Shown in pieces: positions 21,937 to 32,293 of a stretch of DNA of 64,000 bases. The stretch lies in IMG/VR virus record IMGVR_UViG_3300042268_000564; one strand, 5' to 3'. Position numbers and translations under genes: made by a program. The stretch's first letter is position 1. Every line of letters begins with the position of its first letter. The notes beneath the pieces are model-generated. The model did not search any database. It was not told the origin of the DNA and worked only from the letters and a program-made list of their open reading frames with translations. This DNA is from a virus. Taxonomy: Duplodnaviria; Caudoviricetes.

Positions 21937-22494
21937 TTGAGTTATACAGGATACTATTGCAAGATGAGCAAGGCAGCGAAAACGATATTGTTACTTGATA
22001 GAGCTTATACTCCTTTAATGTTTATAAGTCGACGTAAGGCTTTAAAAATGGCTTTTACTGGCAAAGCTGAATTCCTTATGGATGAAGAAGTGTTAAGACT
22101 GCTTCATAAGATAATGCATAATCTTAATCAGTTCAGGGTTGCTCGCAAGAGACGTGGTGAATATGGCATCAAATATTCCATATTTTTGCGAGATAAAGAC
22201 ATCTGTCAATACTGTGGACGGCAACTGAATAAAAAAGAACGGACACTTGACCATATTCTTCCGAGAAGCAAGGGCGGTGAAACCAGTTTTTTAAACTGTG
22301 TTGCCGCATGTAGAAAATGTAATCAGTCCAAAGGTGATAAATCAGCTCACGAGGTTGGTTTAACCTTAATAAGAGAACCTTATGTTCCTACTCGCACAGA
22401 GTTATTGCAAGCTATGGACAAAGGTGGGATTTGGTCTCGCTTTGTAATCTGGCTAGAGGAAGGCTGTGGAATGCCTCAAGCGGAGGTCGCATGA
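21937..22494 (+). CDS. HNH endonuclease (McrA/HNH_5-like); likely start 21964
   Basis: RD..CQYCG...TLDHILPRSKGG...NCVAACRKCNQSKG. Confidence 0.9.
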   Translation: MSYTGYYCKMSKAAKTILLLDRAYTPLMFISRRKALKMAFTGKAEFLMDEEVLRLLHKIMHNLNQFRVARKRRGEYGIKYSIFLRDKDICQYCGRQLNKKERTLDHILPRSKGGETSFLNCVAACRKCNQSKGDKSAHEVGLTLIREPYVPTRTELLQAMDKGGIWSRFVIWLEEGCGMPQAEVA

Positions 22495-23345
22495 AAAGAT
22501 TAAAATTGTCTGCCATCAGGAAATTCTCATATTGTCCAAGATGGTATTACATCCAATATATCTTGGGCTTTAACCCAAAATCTCCAGTTAAATCGAAATT
22601 TCCTATCTTTGACGCTATAAGAGGCTGCGTTGTTAAAGGTAGCGATGAGGGCTATAGAGATAGAATCGCAGGCTTGATGGTTGGCGAAGAGTCGAAAGAA
22701 GAAGATGCCCCGTTCCATGAAATGGTTAGTAGAGGCGAGCTTTTATTAAAGCAAGCTTTAGATTGGCGTAAATCTTTGGACGAAATAATCTGGGCAGAGC
22801 AACTTATAGAATATAAAGTAGAAATTTCAGACGAGATGTCGCTGCCAGTTGTGGGCTATCCAGACATTCTTGCGAAGCATCAGGGCAAAACAAAGCTTTT
22901 CAACTTCCGAATGGGTTACACAGCCTATGGTGAAAGAGAAATTTATGGCGACATGTTGGAGCTTTATGTCTATAAAAAAGGTTTGGAAAAACATCTTAAA
23001 ATTGAGATAGACGAGGTAATAGTTCTTGGCATGATATTACGAAATCGTAAAGAGCGCAATTCTAAAAGAGCTACTACGCCAGTAACTGAGATTCAAGAAC
23101 ATGTGTTGGGCTTTGAAGAAGGATTTGGTGATGTGGTTGATACTACATTGCTTGGCGTGGCAGGGGCAATTGAAGCAGAAGCTTTTCCTGCATTAGGGCT
23201 GCAAACAGGCGTTTGTTCGTGGTGTCCTAACCGTGCAAGCATACATGGGCAAAGGTTTTGTTTTTTTTCGGATGAAATATTGAGAAAATTCGCTCAATCA
23301 TCTTTGCAACGAGCCAGTATAGACAAATGGCGAGACGATTTTTAA
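22491..23345 (+). CDS. Cas4/AddB-like PD-(D/E)XK nuclease-family protein with degenerate catalytic motif
   Basis: S.I..F..CPR, GYPD, C-terminal CSWC...C cluster; expected D/ExK reads NFR. Confidence 0.7.
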   Translation: MKRLKLSAIRKFSYCPRWYYIQYILGFNPKSPVKSKFPIFDAIRGCVVKGSDEGYRDRIAGLMVGEESKEEDAPFHEMVSRGELLLKQALDWRKSLDEIIWAEQLIEYKVEISDEMSLPVVGYPDILAKHQGKTKLFNFRMGYTAYGEREIYGDMLELYVYKKGLEKHLKIEIDEVIVLGMILRNRKERNSKRATTPVTEIQEHVLGFEEGFGDVVDTTLLGVAGAIEAEAFPALGLQTGVCSWCPNRASIHGQRFCFFSDEILRKFAQSSLQRASIDKWRDDF

Positions 23346-23355
23346 GGAGCTTTTT

Positions 23356-23640
23356 ATGAAACAGGCTTATAAGCATCTCAAGACAGGGAACATTTATTAT
23401 CTTGTAAAAGCGAATGTAATCTCTGCCACCAATGGCGACACAAATGAGGGCAAGTTACACGCTCTTTATGAAGACAAGTTCGGAAATCAATTCATAAGAG
23501 AATTGAAAGAATTTTCTCAGAAATTTAAGCTTATTTCTTGTAGGGATTGCGCACGGTTTTCGGGCTGGTGCAACGATTGTCGAGATTGTGAAGATTTTGC
23601 CAAGCATCAAAAGTTTGAATCTGTAGAAGATATAGCGTGA
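23356..23640 (+). CDS. DUF1653-like protein
   Basis: YKHLKTGNIY...LY....FIRELKEFSQKF. Confidence 0.6.
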   Translation: MKQAYKHLKTGNIYYLVKANVISATNGDTNEGKLHALYEDKFGNQFIRELKEFSQKFKLISCRDCARFSGWCNDCRDCEDFAKHQKFESVEDIA

Positions 23641-23851
23641 GGTAGAGAAATGACATCTTTACTCATTTGGTGCATTGCATTGCTATTAATCCTTTTAATC
23701 ATCAAAGGACGCTTCCTGATTTGGAATGTTTATCATTCCATAATTATACATCTTGCCATCAGGAAGGCTCAAAAGCGATTGCGAGCAATTGGCAAAGATG
23801 ATATAGCCAAGAATCTAACTTGGGACAAGAAATGGTACGGATATTAATAAT

Positions 23852-25180
23852 ATGGAATACAAAAGCTATCAATTAGAAAAAAAACTACTTGGCCAGCCAG
23901 CAAGTTTCTGGGAAACGTCTGTTTATTTGTTTATTGGAGAAGAATCTTATTTAAAAGAAGATTTGCTTTCCACTGTGATGAAGAAATTAAAGGTGCCAAG
24001 AGATGGGGCAATGAGGCTTGACGCTGCTACTTTGTCGGGTGAGGAAATATTTTCATCTCTGAATACAGCTCAGTTGAGTGATGAGCGGGTTATTATTATT
24101 GTCGAAAATGCAGACAAGATTCCTGCTGATACATGTCAAAGCCTTTATAATTTATGGGAAAAGAATGGTTTCCCTGAAGATTCTCTCCCTGTATTTATAG
24201 CTCAATCTGTCACAAATAGAAAATTGTGGGGATTGGTCAAAGAAGAAGGCATTTGGTGTAAATTTTATCAGATGTTCAGTGATGGCGTGCCACGTTGGAC
24301 ATTGAATAAAATGCAACAGGCAGGCATTAAGGCAGAGCGTGGGGTTGAGTTTATTATAAGTAGTCTTTGTAATCTTAACTTGCGACATATAGCAAAAGAG
24401 GTCGAGAAACTGGCAATCGCTGGCGACTACCTTACCGCTGACAATATTAAAAATTACATAAGAGGTACAGAGTCTTATGATAGGTCAACAGTGGAAGATA
24501 GTTTTATGGGCAGAGATTTGATAAGGTGCAGAACTTTATTGGGTAAGCTCATTGAGGTCGGTGATAATTCTGTTCGAGATTTCATTTTAAGCTTTAGCCG
24601 AATCACGAGACATGCGATTCAAGCAAAATATAGTCTCGATAATAAGGTGGCAGGAGCGCCAATAATTGCAAATCTCGGTGGACAATTACTTGGATTGACT
24701 GCTGGTGATTGGAACACTATTTCAAAGAAAATTGAGGTGGCGAAGCAGGGCAGCAGTCTTGTAGACAAAATTCCAATGGCAGAAAAAATGCGGTGGACTG
24801 GCAAGCTAAGTTTCATTCAAGAAGCCCAAGATGAGCCGAGTGATGCAGACGAGGGAACCGATAAAAAGGGACGCCGGAAATTACTCACTTACGACGTGGA
24901 TAAAGAGAAACGTCTGGCAGAAATAGAAGCGCAGAAAGCCTTGAGAAAGTGGGAAGAAACAGAACTCTATAATCATAATATTTGGTATCAAAAAAGCGTC
25001 TATGGGATTTTAAAAACATTCCACATGGCGACAGTTTATACAAAAGACGAATTGAGTCAAATGCTTGCAACTCTCTTAAAAATTAATGAATCTCTCTATT
25101 ATCAAGGCGAGTTTCAAATGCAAGAAAAATTGGATTGTTTGTTGATTAAATTGATGCAAGGTAAGTGCTTAAAGGCATAA
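23852..25180 (+). CDS. holA: DNA polymerase III delta subunit-like (clamp loader)
   Basis: VYLFIGEESYL, RVIIIVENAD, NLRHIAKEVEKL. Confidence 0.75.
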   Translation: MEYKSYQLEKKLLGQPASFWETSVYLFIGEESYLKEDLLSTVMKKLKVPRDGAMRLDAATLSGEEIFSSLNTAQLSDERVIIIVENADKIPADTCQSLYNLWEKNGFPEDSLPVFIAQSVTNRKLWGLVKEEGIWCKFYQMFSDGVPRWTLNKMQQAGIKAERGVEFIISSLCNLNLRHIAKEVEKLAIAGDYLTADNIKNYIRGTESYDRSTVEDSFMGRDLIRCRTLLGKLIEVGDNSVRDFILSFSRITRHAIQAKYSLDNKVAGAPIIANLGGQLLGLTAGDWNTISKKIEVAKQGSSLVDKIPMAEKMRWTGKLSFIQEAQDEPSDADEGTDKKGRRKLLTYDVDKEKRLAEIEAQKALRKWEETELYNHNIWYQKSVYGILKTFHMATVYTKDELSQMLATLLKINESLYYQGEFQMQEKLDCLLIKLMQGKCLKA

Positions 25181-25211
25181 TAAAGGTATACGAATTTCTC
25201 TGGAGGAACGC

Positions 25212-26579
25212 ATGGAATTTTATTTTTTAAACGCAGATGGCAAAGTTGTGTGTTATACTCCGTCTCAGTCGGAAATATTCACGCAGAGCAAGGGACGCAA
25301 AGATGTTACGACAATGACTGCCGAGTTCTGGGATAATGTTGGCAGAATTGGCGGCGTAATTGATAATGGGATGCAAAGTGACGTGGTAATCCAGCCTACA
25401 AATGACAACCTTCAAACTATTGGGGTGAGATATGTTGTGAGTCGTGGTGTAAATACTTATGTGGGCTTTGGTTCCAGCAATGAATACTCAACCACAAAGT
25501 CCGTAAGTAATTTTAATGATAAGTACGGCAATCCCAAAACTAGTGTTTCAGGGTCTGCGGTTCACGCACTCGAAATGGCTGTTAAAAGAGCTAAAAATAA
25601 AGCTATTGCAGCGGCATTAGGCTTGCCGCATGGCGAAGTGCACAGCGATAAAATTATCAGCATAGACTTGATAGCTCAAGGCATTTCAATTGATAGCCCC
25701 GACAAAATCACTATTTCAAGAGGCAGCGCACCTACGAAATCCTATAGCAGCAACAAGTCTTACAACAATAAGCCATCAGGCAATAACGACACGCCTAGTT
25801 GGGGAAGCTCATCTACAAAATCAAGTGGCACCTTTGCATCTAAAAATGGGGTTGCTCCTATAAGAAATAATGGCAATGAATCAAATTCACCACAAACCAC
25901 AAAAACGGTAAGCAAGCCAGCGTCTGCTGCTCCTACCTCTAACAATGCAGCTTCTGGTTCTGGCAACGATGACCCTGCTGATTTTGTCCTAACTTTTGGA
26001 AAGCACAATGGTAGAACTCTAAGAGATTTACTGTATAACAAAAGTGATAAGGGTTACATCTCATGGCTTGCAAAAGGTGAAAAAGATACGCCAGCAAAAA
26101 GAGCAGCTATAGCTATGTTGGAAAAGTATGGCGAGCTTTTTAATGATAGTGCCACATCAACCAACAATGTCGCAGATACGATTGATTACAGAGCGCAGCT
26201 TCAAATGGAATGGAAAAAACGTGGCTATGATGACACCAATGATGATGGTCGAGCAAAGATTAAGGAGTCTATAGGTTGGGCACTTAAGATTGACGGCAAT
26301 TTTAAATGGGAAGATATTACACAAGAACAAGCCCACAGCATCTTGAACCAAATAGACGTAGTATTCCCAGATGCAAATCAACCAGCACAAAAGATTCAGC
26401 ACGGAAAAGAAATAAGGTGCGCAGGGGTTAAAGAAGATGGCACGCCTTGCAACGAACTCTTGCAACCGCCTGTCGTAGAATTTTGCAAAAACAATGCAGA
26501 ACTTTTCCAGAACAATTATTATTGTTTTGCTCATCAGAACAGCTTTTTCGCTACAAGTAATGATGGCGAAATAATGTAA
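25212..26579 (+). CDS. Rad52/ERF-like single-strand annealing protein with FGKH domain and C-terminal zinc finger
   Basis: ALEMAVKRAKNKAIAAALG; S/N-rich linker; LTFGKHNGRTL...YISWL; C...C...YYC..H. Confidence 0.55.
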   Translation: MEFYFLNADGKVVCYTPSQSEIFTQSKGRKDVTTMTAEFWDNVGRIGGVIDNGMQSDVVIQPTNDNLQTIGVRYVVSRGVNTYVGFGSSNEYSTTKSVSNFNDKYGNPKTSVSGSAVHALEMAVKRAKNKAIAAALGLPHGEVHSDKIISIDLIAQGISIDSPDKITISRGSAPTKSYSSNKSYNNKPSGNNDTPSWGSSSTKSSGTFASKNGVAPIRNNGNESNSPQTTKTVSKPASAAPTSNNAASGSGNDDPADFVLTFGKHNGRTLRDLLYNKSDKGYISWLAKGEKDTPAKRAAIAMLEKYGELFNDSATSTNNVADTIDYRAQLQMEWKKRGYDDTNDDGRAKIKESIGWALKIDGNFKWEDITQEQAHSILNQIDVVFPDANQPAQKIQHGKEIRCAGVKEDGTPCNELLQPPVVEFCKNNAELFQNNYYCFAHQNSFFATSNDGEIM

Positions 26580-26646
26580 AAGAAAGTCATTCTGAGAGTA
26601 ATATAAAAGTCGGGGCAAAACCCGACTTTTTTTAACCAAGCCGAAT

Positions 26647-26922
26647 ATGAGACATTCAGATTTACTACAGAAATGTGCAGACAGAACGGGAGTATCGCTT
26701 CCAGTTGTAAAGCTCGTGGTTACAACTCTTTTTGAAGAGATACTGATTGCTTTATCCCTGCATAAAAGGGTCAAGATATCCAAATTTGGCATTTTTGAAC
26801 TTCGCAAGAAGAAAAACAGTGAATCGGCAGGTTATATAAAGATTTCTCAAGTGAGACTCGTGAAAAAGCTATTTGAACTTTTAAAAAACATAGGAGATAC
26901 CAAAAATGGCAAAAAAAGTTGA
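26647..26922 (+). CDS. HU/IHF-family DNA-binding protein
   Basis: L...ADRTGVS...VV...RVKISKFGIFELR. Confidence 0.75.
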   Translation: MRHSDLLQKCADRTGVSLPVVKLVVTTLFEEILIALSLHKRVKISKFGIFELRKKKNSESAGYIKISQVRLVKKLFELLKNIGDTKNGKKS

Positions 26923-28210
26923 CCTTTCCTCGGTAGACAAAGCAGAAGCTATGCGCTTGGCAATGGAAGCTTTCAAAAAAGATTACGGCGAAAGCGTTGT
27001 GTCGGGCGACAAGTCGATTGATGAATTGCGAGAGACCTTAATGAATGTCTCGGTTATTCCAACTGGCAGTTTATCTCTGGACAGCTCTTTGGGTGTGTGG
27101 GGTTTTCCTCGTGGCAGAGTTGTAGAGCTTTATGGGAAAGAACACTCAGGAAAAACATCTATCGCTCTTAGCACTATTGGTTGTTGTCAGAAAATGGGCG
27201 GCAAAGCTGTTTTTATCGATGTAGAAAATGCCCTTGACCCATTGTTTGCTATCAATAACGGGGCGGATTATAGTTCTTTGATTCATGTTAAACCAAAGTC
27301 TGGCGATGATGCAATGAACACTCTGGATTTTTGGTTGAAACAGAATATTGCAGCAGGGCAGTGTCTTGTTGATGTTATTGTAGTTGACTCAGTAGCAGCT
27401 CTTGTTACAGAAGGACAGATTGATAATGATATCGGAAAAGTTGACGTGGCTGTTGCAGCTCGTTTAATGTCGCAGACTATGCGCAAAATAACACCTCACC
27501 TCGGCGAAACAGTTGTCATCTTTATTAATCAGATTCGTGAAAAGCCCGGCGTTATGTTTGGTCCAACCGAAGACACCCCCGGCGGCAAAGCCCTTAAGTT
27601 CTATTCATCTGTAAGATGTGCGGTAAGCAAGAAAGAATCTCTCTACCTTATGGCAGACGGTAGCATTGAGGGCTACAATGATTCCAGCAAGAAAAAAATC
27701 AAAGAGATTGGTCGTAGAGTAAGGGTTAAGATTGACAAGAATAAAGTTGCGCCAAAAGGTATCGAGGCTGAATTTGACTATGTTGAGGGGACAGGTATAG
27801 TAAGAGAAAGAGAAATCGCATTACTCGGTATAGAGTATGGTGTAATTTCTCAGGGTGGTGCCTATTATTCTGTTCCGGGCAGAGAGAATAAGATACAAGG
27901 ACTTGGCAATCTTGTTAATGAAGTGGCAAGTGATGAAAAGCTGCAAAACGCAATCTTGAATGAAATCAAAACGGTTGTATACCAATTGCGCAAAAATAAA
28001 GTGGAAGAAGCTTTGAAAAAGATTCAGGAAAATGCTACCAGTTCTGGTGGAAACATTTTTAATCTATGGGCGCAAGGTGAGACAGAAAAAATTGATATCT
28101 TTGACAATGACCAGCAGACCCCACCGAAAGAAGAGCCTGCAAAGCCCGAAGATAACAATCCAAAGCCAGACGGTAAAAGCGATATGAAATCCTCTCGCAG
28201 ACGACGATAA
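26906..28210 (+). CDS. recA: RecA recombinase
   Basis: IPTGSLSLD, PRGRVVELYG..SGKT, VVDSVAAL, ARLMSQ, FINQIREKPGVMFG, GGKALKFYSSVR, KNKVAP. Confidence 0.97.
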   Translation: MAKKVDLSSVDKAEAMRLAMEAFKKDYGESVVSGDKSIDELRETLMNVSVIPTGSLSLDSSLGVWGFPRGRVVELYGKEHSGKTSIALSTIGCCQKMGGKAVFIDVENALDPLFAINNGADYSSLIHVKPKSGDDAMNTLDFWLKQNIAAGQCLVDVIVVDSVAALVTEGQIDNDIGKVDVAVAARLMSQTMRKITPHLGETVVIFINQIREKPGVMFGPTEDTPGGKALKFYSSVRCAVSKKESLYLMADGSIEGYNDSSKKKIKEIGRRVRVKIDKNKVAPKGIEAEFDYVEGTGIVREREIALLGIEYGVISQGGAYYSVPGRENKIQGLGNLVNEVASDEKLQNAILNEIKTVVYQLRKNKVEEALKKIQENATSSGGNIFNLWAQGETEKIDIFDNDQQTPPKEEPAKPEDNNPKPDGKSDMKSSRRRR

Positions 28211-28232
28211 TTAACCAAAGGAGCAACTAATA

Positions 28233-28625
28233 ATGAACGATGAAATGATGAACGATTCTACCTCTATGGATATTCCCGAAGATGCAGCCGAGCTTGATAT
28301 CCAACTCAAGAAAACTAAGCTCAGTGAAACTTATGCCATTAACGGCGCGGACGATATTGACTCCGTCAAGTCCAGACTGGATGAAAAATATCTTGACCCA
28401 TCAATATCCGTAAAAAAAGCAGTGCTTACCCTGAAGGTGAATATGGAAGCCAACCCGACTGAAAAGTCGCCTGCTAAAATTACAAGTTTTGCAGAAACCT
28501 ATAAGATTGACAGCCATGATGACCTTGAGGCATTTATTACAGTGTCGAAAGAAAGATTGAGCGATGAAAATCTTATCTTGAAATCTGCGAGCATTGCTTT
28601 TAAACTGGATTACGAAACTGAATAA
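28233..28625 (+). CDS. hypothetical protein with internal two-fold repeat
   Basis: ETYAI..ADDIDS...KKAVLTLKVNME / ETYKI..HDDLEA...KSASIAFKLDYE; AAGGAG RBS. Confidence 0.6.
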   Translation: MNDEMMNDSTSMDIPEDAAELDIQLKKTKLSETYAINGADDIDSVKSRLDEKYLDPSISVKKAVLTLKVNMEANPTEKSPAKITSFAETYKIDSHDDLEAFITVSKERLSDENLILKSASIAFKLDYETE

Positions 28626-28638
28626 TGGAGGGCAACTA

Positions 28639-30750
28639 ATGGCGGTTAGAAAAACGGCGGGTAAGCCAAAAACAGCCACAAAAAAGAGCAGCACCAAAAC
28701 AACAAAAAGTTCTGCACCCAAAAAAGCCCCTGTGAAATCGTCGGGTGGGTTTAAGAGAACAAGAAGTGCTGCTCCAAGAGTGTCAGGGTCAGGCGACAAA
28801 TTGGTTATTCTTGAATCGCCAAATAAGATTGCCAAGGTAGCTCATTATTTGGGCAGCGGCTTTCGGGTCGCTGCTTCTTGTGGGCATGTAAGAGAAATTC
28901 CAACCAAAACTGTAAACAAGAAAAAGCCTCTGGACAAAAAAACTTGGGATGTGAATTTTGTTGTTTCTGATAGCAAGAAAGATATCGTAGATTTTTTGAA
29001 AAAAGAAGCAGGGACTGCGAAAGAGATTTATCTGGCAACTGACCCTGACAGAGAGGGTGAAGCAATCGCATGGCATCTTGCAGAACTTTTGAAGGGTTCT
29101 ACTAGGGCACCGTTTTATCGGCTTACATTTAACGCCATCACACAGCAGGCTATTCAGCAGGCACTGAAGAACAAGTCCAGTGTTAATATGGACATGGTTG
29201 AATCGCAGAAAACTCGACAGGTTATGGACAGGCTTGTTGGTTTCAGCCTCTCACCTCTGGTACAAAAAGCAGAGGGTGGCAAGAGTGCAGGTAGAGTTCA
29301 GAGCGTTGCATTAACTTTTGTAGCAAATCGTCAGAAAGAAATTAACTCGTTCGTTCCTGATGAATTTTGGGAACTTGACCTTGTTGCAAGCCTTGACGGA
29401 TTCCCTGCAAAAATGAGGCTTTTTAACTATAAAGATAAGCCTATCAAAATCACCACAGAACAAGATGCTATAAGAATTTGCGACGAAGTTACCAAAATCA
29501 AAAAAGCAAGTATCGTGGAAGTAAAAGAAGTTGACAAGACTCGAAAGCCGAAAGCACCTTTTACTACCTCAACAATGCAGCAAGCTGCATCTACATTTCT
29601 GAACATGTCATTGAAGCAAACAATGGATGCTGCACAGAAGCTTTTTGAAGGTGCTCATATTTCTTACCATCGTTCCGACTCGGTGAGATTAGAGCCTGAG
29701 CAAATTGACGCAGCAAGAGATTTAATCCTTCAGAATTATGGTAAAGCTTATTTGCCTGCCAGTCCTATCATCTATACTCAAAAATCAGCAAGTAAGGTGC
29801 AGGATGCACACACTGCTATTCAACCAACCCACCCAGACGTATCATCAATCACTGGTAGCTCGGCAGAACAGAAACTTTATGCCCTTATCAGAGAAAGATT
29901 CCTTGCATGTCAGGCAGCAGATTGTAAATACAAAACTAAGACTATCATCGTGCAGATAGGCGATTATAAATTCAAGCTTGCAGGCTCTCACATAACTTTT
30001 GATGGATTTTTGAAGGTTATGGGTAGAGATGACGAAGATGAATCTGATGGGAATATGAAAGTGCCCGATGTAACCACAAAGTCCCTTGTTGGCTTTGTGA
30101 AGATGGATAAGACGCAAAAATTTACTAACCCACCGCCATATTTCAATGATGCAAGCTTGGTTAAAACATTGGAAGCGAACGGCGTTGGTCGTCCGTCTAC
30201 GTATGCAAGTGTTATCGACACTCTTCTTGACAGGAAATATACTGAAAAAGACGGCAAGAAACTTGTTGCTACTGAGCTTGGCATAAAAGTAAGCGATTAT
30301 TTGCAGACTGAATGTTCAGATTTTATCAATGTTGGATTCACTGCTGATATGGAGAACCAACTCAATGAGATTGAAGATGGAAAGAAGAAGTGGACTGGCG
30401 TTCTTGATAAGTTTTGGCTCAAACTTGATACCAGTGTTAAAGCCGCTGATAAGAAGCTTGGTGGTTTTCAAGACACTGGTAAAAAGTGTCCTGACTGCGG
30501 CTCAAGTGTTGTTAGCGGCAACGGTAGGTTTGGGCCTTTCTGTAAGTGCTCAAATGAGGACTGTAAAACCAAGTTTGATAAAGAGGGAAATTACAAGGCA
30601 CCTTTGCCAGTGGTTGGCACATGTAAAAAATGTGGTTGTGATGTTGTGGAGCGACAAAGCTTCAAAGGAACCTTTCTGGCATGTTCTGGGTTCCCAAAGT
30701 GCAGGACAATCTACGAGCTTTCATCGAAAGGTGAGTTAATCGCTAAATAA
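28639..30750 (+). CDS. topA: DNA topoisomerase I (type IA) with C-terminal zinc ribbons
   Basis: LVILESPNK, ATDPDREGEAI, SAGRVQS, ISYHRSDS (catalytic Tyr), GVGRPSTYA, CPDCG/CKKCG. Confidence 0.96.
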   Translation: MAVRKTAGKPKTATKKSSTKTTKSSAPKKAPVKSSGGFKRTRSAAPRVSGSGDKLVILESPNKIAKVAHYLGSGFRVAASCGHVREIPTKTVNKKKPLDKKTWDVNFVVSDSKKDIVDFLKKEAGTAKEIYLATDPDREGEAIAWHLAELLKGSTRAPFYRLTFNAITQQAIQQALKNKSSVNMDMVESQKTRQVMDRLVGFSLSPLVQKAEGGKSAGRVQSVALTFVANRQKEINSFVPDEFWELDLVASLDGFPAKMRLFNYKDKPIKITTEQDAIRICDEVTKIKKASIVEVKEVDKTRKPKAPFTTSTMQQAASTFLNMSLKQTMDAAQKLFEGAHISYHRSDSVRLEPEQIDAARDLILQNYGKAYLPASPIIYTQKSASKVQDAHTAIQPTHPDVSSITGSSAEQKLYALIRERFLACQAADCKYKTKTIIVQIGDYKFKLAGSHITFDGFLKVMGRDDEDESDGNMKVPDVTTKSLVGFVKMDKTQKFTNPPPYFNDASLVKTLEANGVGRPSTYASVIDTLLDRKYTEKDGKKLVATELGIKVSDYLQTECSDFINVGFTADMENQLNEIEDGKKKWTGVLDKFWLKLDTSVKAADKKLGGFQDTGKKCPDCGSSVVSGNGRFGPFCKCSNEDCKTKFDKEGNYKAPLPVVGTCKKCGCDVVERQSFKGTFLACSGFPKCRTIYELSSKGELIAK

Positions 30751-30777
30751 AAAAAGGGGCTTTTAAGCCCCTTTTTT
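30750..30777. terminator. bidirectional intrinsic terminator
   Basis: AAAAAAGGGGCTT-TT-AAGCCCCTTTTTT between convergent genes. Confidence 0.85.
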
Positions 30778-30789
30778 GTTTCAGGTTGA

Positions 30790-31419
30790 TTATTCGATAA
30801 TCATTTTTTCGAGTGCAGTTTCATTAGCCATGTCTGCTGCCTTAGCGTCTGCGATAACTTTTTGCAGATTCATTCTTGATTTGATAAGGTCGAACACCTT
30901 ATTTTTAATCTGGCGAACACGCTCTCTGGTAAGTCCTACTTCTTCTGCAATCTGTGCACCAGCTCTACCATTACCTTCAATATGGCTTCTCAGGTAAGCT
31001 TTTGTAACTTTTTTTTCAGTCTCTGGCAGAGATTCAACAACTTTTCTGATTGCGGCTATGATGTCTCTTGTTACTACAGTTTCTTCAACATTTTCATTGC
31101 TTTCTATGAGACTGTGTAATGTCGAAGGGTTGCCATCAGTATTGCTAATTTCCATGTCGAGAGAAACCATATTTGTGATTTCTCTTTTGCGAGCAGTGAT
31201 GTAACGTTTAATGTTTCTTGGAACGAAGTAGCATACCCATGTTTCAAGAGCTGCACCACGAGTAGCATCGAAAGCCATGATGGCATCAGCAACTACGTCC
31301 TGAAGCACTTCCATCTGTCTCATTGTGATGGGGAATTTCTGCCAACTTCTTATGGCTGCGATTATCATAGCGGTATCTATATTGTAGATTTTGTTTCCAA
31401 TAGTTTCCATTTGATTCAC
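30790..31419 (-). CDS. sigma70-family sigma factor-like protein
   Basis: AIMAFDATRGAALETW, VSLDMEI, IAEEVGLTRERVRQI; N16 promoter at 31453-31480. Confidence 0.8.
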   Translation of the reverse strand: MNQMETIGNKIYNIDTAMIIAAIRSWQKFPITMRQMEVLQDVVADAIMAFDATRGAALETWVCYFVPRNIKRYITARKREITNMVSLDMEISNTDGNPSTLHSLIESNENVEETVVTRDIIAAIRKVVESLPETEKKVTKAYLRSHIEGNGRAGAQIAEEVGLTRERVRQIKNKVFDLIKSRMNLQKVIADAKAADMANETALEKMIIE

Positions 31420-31526
31420 CTCGGTTTGGTTTTTTGTTTTTTCTATACTTTTATTATAATCAAATATAAAAAAGTGTCAAGTGGTTTAGCAAAATTATTT
31501 TATTTATTTTTTATGGGGGTGGGAGA

Positions 31527-32252
31527 TTAGCTGTTAAGGCTTACTTCGGCAACAATTTTTTCTTTTACGGTTTCGAGTAAATCTTTAACTTTACTGGTGG
31601 GAATGTTTAATTGCTTTGCTGCGAATGTTGCATTATTCTCAGCGCACAATCTCAACACGGCTCTGTCTCTCTCAGAAAGTCTCCCCATAACAGTAAAGAG
31701 AGCTTGTTTTTCGATATTTCGAGTTACTGTGTCTAAAATATCATCACTTGCGCTGTCCGACACAACAGTAAAGAACTCAGTTTCATTGTCGTCCATTACT
31801 GCATTGAGAGAAACAATTTGTTTTTTCTTCTCTCGAATCAGTTTCTGATAATATTTTGAAATTGCAAACCTTGCTCTACTAAACATAAAAGTGGACATTT
31901 TTGTATTCTTGGTGGGGTCAAATTTGGCTATCCCCTGCGAAATGCCTTCCATGCCTGCTGCAACCATTTCCATAAAAATGGATTCCATCTCGAAATTATC
32001 ACAACCGACAAGTTTTCGTCGATATTGATGTGCCACATTGTAAGCAATTTTTTCAAATTGAGATAAATCTACAGCTTCGAAACTTGCTCGGCGTCCAATA
32101 CGTTTTCCACTTACTTCAGACATCCTTGTTAGGCCTACGCTAACTGCTGCTTTGAGTTCTTTCAGAGCGTTATTGTTTTTTAATTCCTCTTTTTGCTCAA
32201 ACCCGGCCATTCTATTTATCGCATCAAAAACCCGTCTTTTTAATTCCTTCAA
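31527..32252 (-). CDS. sigma70-family sigma factor-like protein
   Basis: GMEGI..GIAKFDPTKNTKMSTF..SRARFAI, VSLNAVM, LSERDRAVL...AKQLNI. Confidence 0.8.
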   Translation of the reverse strand: MKELKRRVFDAINRMAGFEQKEELKNNNALKELKAAVSVGLTRMSEVSGKRIGRRASFEAVDLSQFEKIAYNVAHQYRRKLVGCDNFEMESIFMEMVAAGMEGISQGIAKFDPTKNTKMSTFMFSRARFAISKYYQKLIREKKKQIVSLNAVMDDNETEFFTVVSDSASDDILDTVTRNIEKQALFTVMGRLSERDRAVLRLCAENNATFAAKQLNIPTSKVKDLLETVKEKIVAEVSLNS

Positions 32253-32293
32253 AATGACACTCCGTATTTTATTATTGGTTTGGCTGCGGCAAC

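Noticed and set aside
22491-23345. CRISPR adaptation Cas4
   Set aside because: No cas1/cas2 or array; the context is a phage recombination operon
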